This document shows positions 4,185 to 6,046 of a DNA stretch of 6,046 bases, piece after piece. Every line of letters begins with the position of its first letter. The stretch's first letter is position 1. A program made the position numbers and the translations under genes. Source of the DNA: a virus. Where the stretch lies: the IMG/VR virus record IMGVR_UViG_3300020029_000059, positions 1 through 6,046 of that record, one strand, 5' to 3'. The notes below the pieces were generated by a model. That model saw nothing but the letters and a program-made list of their open reading frames with translations, was not told the DNA's origin and searched no databases.

Positions 4185-5840
4185 TTAATAAGGTAAACCG
4201 TTTCTATCCAAGTTCTGCACAGCATATACTTGAAAGTTAACATTACACAATAACTGGTCAAATGCGACAGAACAGTTAGCAGCATCAATCTGAGGGACAA
4301 AAATAGAATTAAGCTGTTGGGGGCGAACCTTCATCGACTGATATGACCAAGCACCGGAAGAGGTCAATACTTGCCAGCCGTCAAGGGGAGCAGCCCAAGA
4401 TTGATAAGCAGCACCAGCACGGAATCCGGCGTGGACAGTATCAATATTAGACTTCCACTGCCAATAACGGAGATTATAGCCAAGAGAACCGGAAACATTA
4501 CGACCAGGATTATTCTGAAGATTCAGAGCGGGAACAGCTTGCATACCAAGCTGGTCAAATGCAGGTTGTGGAAAATCAGATATAGCAGTCACAGTCAACT
4601 GAGGAGCCTGACCTGTCAAATTCCAGTCCAGCAGAGGTACAGCGTGATAAACACACATAATCACTTGATGCTCAGCGCCACAATCATAAGTAATAACATG
4701 ACCAGAATTGCTAGATACACCTTTACCGGCAATAGAAGCTTGAGAGGAATCGGTATCAAGGTTAGTATTGACTACCTCGTTAATATTAATAACACTAGAC
4801 CAGCCTCCAATATAATGGGCATGATTTCCCATATATTCAGGAGCCTTAATACCGAATTGGGCGGCCATCTGGTCTGAATAGTCTTTGCTAGAGAATTGAA
4901 CTACTTCTTTCCAACGTTGAAGGTATTCAGTTGCTCGAATTGAAAGAGCAGAGAGATCAGAATTAGCAGATGAAGGTACAACGTTGTTAGAACCAGTCGG
5001 ATCGCTAACCGTAGCCGATAAAGAAGGTAAAACAGCTACGCTACCATACTGAGAAGAAGGAAGCATACCCATAAAATAATCCTTAGGATAGTTCGCATAG
5101 CGGAGCTGAATCATATCCGTAACTAAAGAAATCTGACCAGTACCAGACCAATAGTCAACATTATAGGCATAAGCCTTATGTTTTTCCCACTGAGAATTAC
5201 TGAAGAAGTCATAATAAATCTTCTGATAAGCAAGGAACGGAAGAGCATTAACAATCTGTGAATTCTGGTAAACCAGAGGATTGTCAGAATCACCAAGACT
5301 ATCAACACCTAGATATTTCTGAGTAATAGCAGCCTTAGCTACATTGGAAGAGGCAATCAAAGAACCATAACCAAGCAAATCAAGCAACTTGCAAGAACCA
5401 TAGACAATAGGAAGTCCTGCATCATCACGAGTATTAGTCTGGTCACCGGCATTAGCCGTCTGTAAAAACTGATTAAAAATACTCAGAGAAATATTAGGCA
5501 CAGAAGTAAGTGCAGTCGTATTCGTAGTAGAACTAGACGCACTAGTCATATAATCGGTCATCTGAGTAAACGCCTGTGGTAGCGCACGAGAAATAAGGCG
5601 TAACGGCACAGCGTAAAAATCATAATATTCCTTGATACGAGTATAAGCAGCCGTATTAACCGGAACAGTACGGGTAAACCAGTCCGAAGAAATACGATAC
5701 TTAGTACCGGGAATAGCAATCTGCCAAAAGCAGGGAAGAATCTCACCAACTTTAGCAGTAAATAGTTTTTTCGAACTTAAGTCGAAGGAAGACCGATGGG
5801 TAGGAATCTTAGCTCGGTCTAAAGGATTAAAATCACTCAT
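4185..5840 (-). CDS. VP1: Major capsid protein (VP1, phiX174 F-like jelly-roll), 551 aa
   Basis: The N-terminal block HRSSFDLSSKKLFTAKVGEILPCFW...TRIKEYYDFYAVPLRLI resembles the conserved start of Microviridae VP1, particularly the gut/Bacteroidota-associated Alpavirinae-like type. It is the largest structural ORF and ends ...NLDRNGLPY. Confidence 0.92.
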   Translation of the reverse strand: MSDFNPLDRAKIPTHRSSFDLSSKKLFTAKVGEILPCFWQIAIPGTKYRISSDWFTRTVPVNTAAYTRIKEYYDFYAVPLRLISRALPQAFTQMTDYMTSASSSTTNTTALTSVPNISLSIFNQFLQTANAGDQTNTRDDAGLPIVYGSCKLLDLLGYGSLIASSNVAKAAITQKYLGVDSLGDSDNPLVYQNSQIVNALPFLAYQKIYYDFFSNSQWEKHKAYAYNVDYWSGTGQISLVTDMIQLRYANYPKDYFMGMLPSSQYGSVAVLPSLSATVSDPTGSNNVVPSSANSDLSALSIRATEYLQRWKEVVQFSSKDYSDQMAAQFGIKAPEYMGNHAHYIGGWSSVININEVVNTNLDTDSSQASIAGKGVSSNSGHVITYDCGAEHQVIMCVYHAVPLLDWNLTGQAPQLTVTAISDFPQPAFDQLGMQAVPALNLQNNPGRNVSGSLGYNLRYWQWKSNIDTVHAGFRAGAAYQSWAAPLDGWQVLTSSGAWSYQSMKVRPQQLNSIFVPQIDAANCSVAFDQLLCNVNFQVYAVQNLDRNGLPY

Positions 5841-5852
5841 AATTAATTAATA

Positions 5853-6046
5853 TTTAAATTAAACCATACGGTTGAGAATACCATTAGCATCATTAAGTTG
5901 CTTGTGCTTAATCATATCACGACAGAATGTTGCACTACGATACCGGAGTTGCTCAAGAAGCTGAAGCGTTTCACTTGATACGGCCTGCAAGACATCAGTC
6001 TCTTGCCCGTTCTGAGACAACGCAAACATACAATCTGATATTTCCG
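5853..6046 (-). CDS. VP4: C-terminal end of the same Rep/VP4 gene (5926-6046 duplicates 1-121; the unique tail is 5925-5853)
   Basis: The frame is continuous with the 1..1613 ORF: ...LEQLRYRSATFCRDMIKHKQLNDANGYSQPYGLI, then stop TAA at 5855-5853. A 12-nt spacer separates it from the VP1 ATG at 5840. Confidence 0.9.
5926..6046. repeat. Right copy of the 121-nt exact direct terminal repeat
   Basis: Identical to 1-121. The offset of 5,925 nt is divisible by 3, and the Rep reading frame continues across the junction. Confidence 0.95.

Larger units (their letters stand above)
1..5925 (-). other. One complete circular Microviridae genome unit (5,925 nt), shown as the complement of the coding/viral strand
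   Basis: The exact 121-nt direct terminal repeat gives a 5,925-nt unit. The gene set (HUH Rep, F-like major capsid, H-like pilot protein) and compact single-strand gene arrangement are typical of Microviridae. Coding-strand codons are strongly T-ending: 28 of the first 41 Rep codons by hand count. Confidence 0.9.

Noticed and set aside
4371-4877. Long plus-strand ORFs (4371..4877, 2587..3027, 3415..3804, 3031..3330, 1095..1340, 1368..1643, 1667..1948, 2..199).
   Set aside because: They are antisense to well-supported genes. They are rich in S/T/R/I/N and low-complexity runs, have no recognisable motifs, and run opposite to the uniform gene orientation expected for a microvirus. They are best explained as shadow ORFs.
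5841-5852. The Rep-VP1 spacer reads ATATTAATTAATT on the coding strand. It shares the octamer ATATTAAT with the phiX174 origin nick region. TTAATTAA also recurs at 2389-2396.
   Set aside because: An AT-only 8-mer is expected by chance in an AT-rich 6-kb genome. The flanking phiX174 origin bases (CAACTTG and what follows) are not matched. This is not enough to call an origin.

Overview
The window holds one complete, circularly permuted Microviridae (small ssDNA phage) genome of 5,925 nt. A 121-nt exact terminal redundancy follows it (1-121 is identical to 5926-6046). All convincing genes lie on the minus strand, so the window shows the complement of the T-rich coding/viral strand. Gene order on the coding strand is: Rep/VP4 (1613->1, wrapping to 5925->5853), major capsid VP1 (5840->4185), a 146-aa protein (4172->3732), pilot/minor capsid VP2 (3732->2590), a 401-nt non-coding gap (2589->2189), a 64-aa orphan (2188->1994), a 27-aa transmembrane peptide (2004->1921) and an M15-family peptidase (1924->1616). 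The Rep gene is missing from the supplied ORF track because it runs off the left edge of the window. I translated it by hand and found it open for its whole length, giving 561 aa once the circle is closed. Genes are tightly packed, with TAATG and ATGA overlaps and 2-12 nt spacers. They lack Shine-Dalgarno sequences, and a TAnnTTTG element precedes the first gene after the gap. These signals suggest a Bacteroidota host (Alpavirinae-like), but that assignment is tentative. The most unusual part is the gap. About 260 nt (2309-2571) is roughly 52% GC against roughly 26% GC flanks and has no ATG on the coding strand. It is built almost entirely of hairpins, including two copies of GCGAAGC, the known stable DNA mini-hairpin sequence. 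Three stem positions pair only on the minus strand (G-T/U wobbles). The second point of interest is a possible lysis cassette, a tiny membrane peptide ATGA-coupled to the M15 peptidase, in a family whose model members lyse without a wall hydrolase. No database search or folding program was available. All homology calls come from recognising motifs, and all counts were made by hand.
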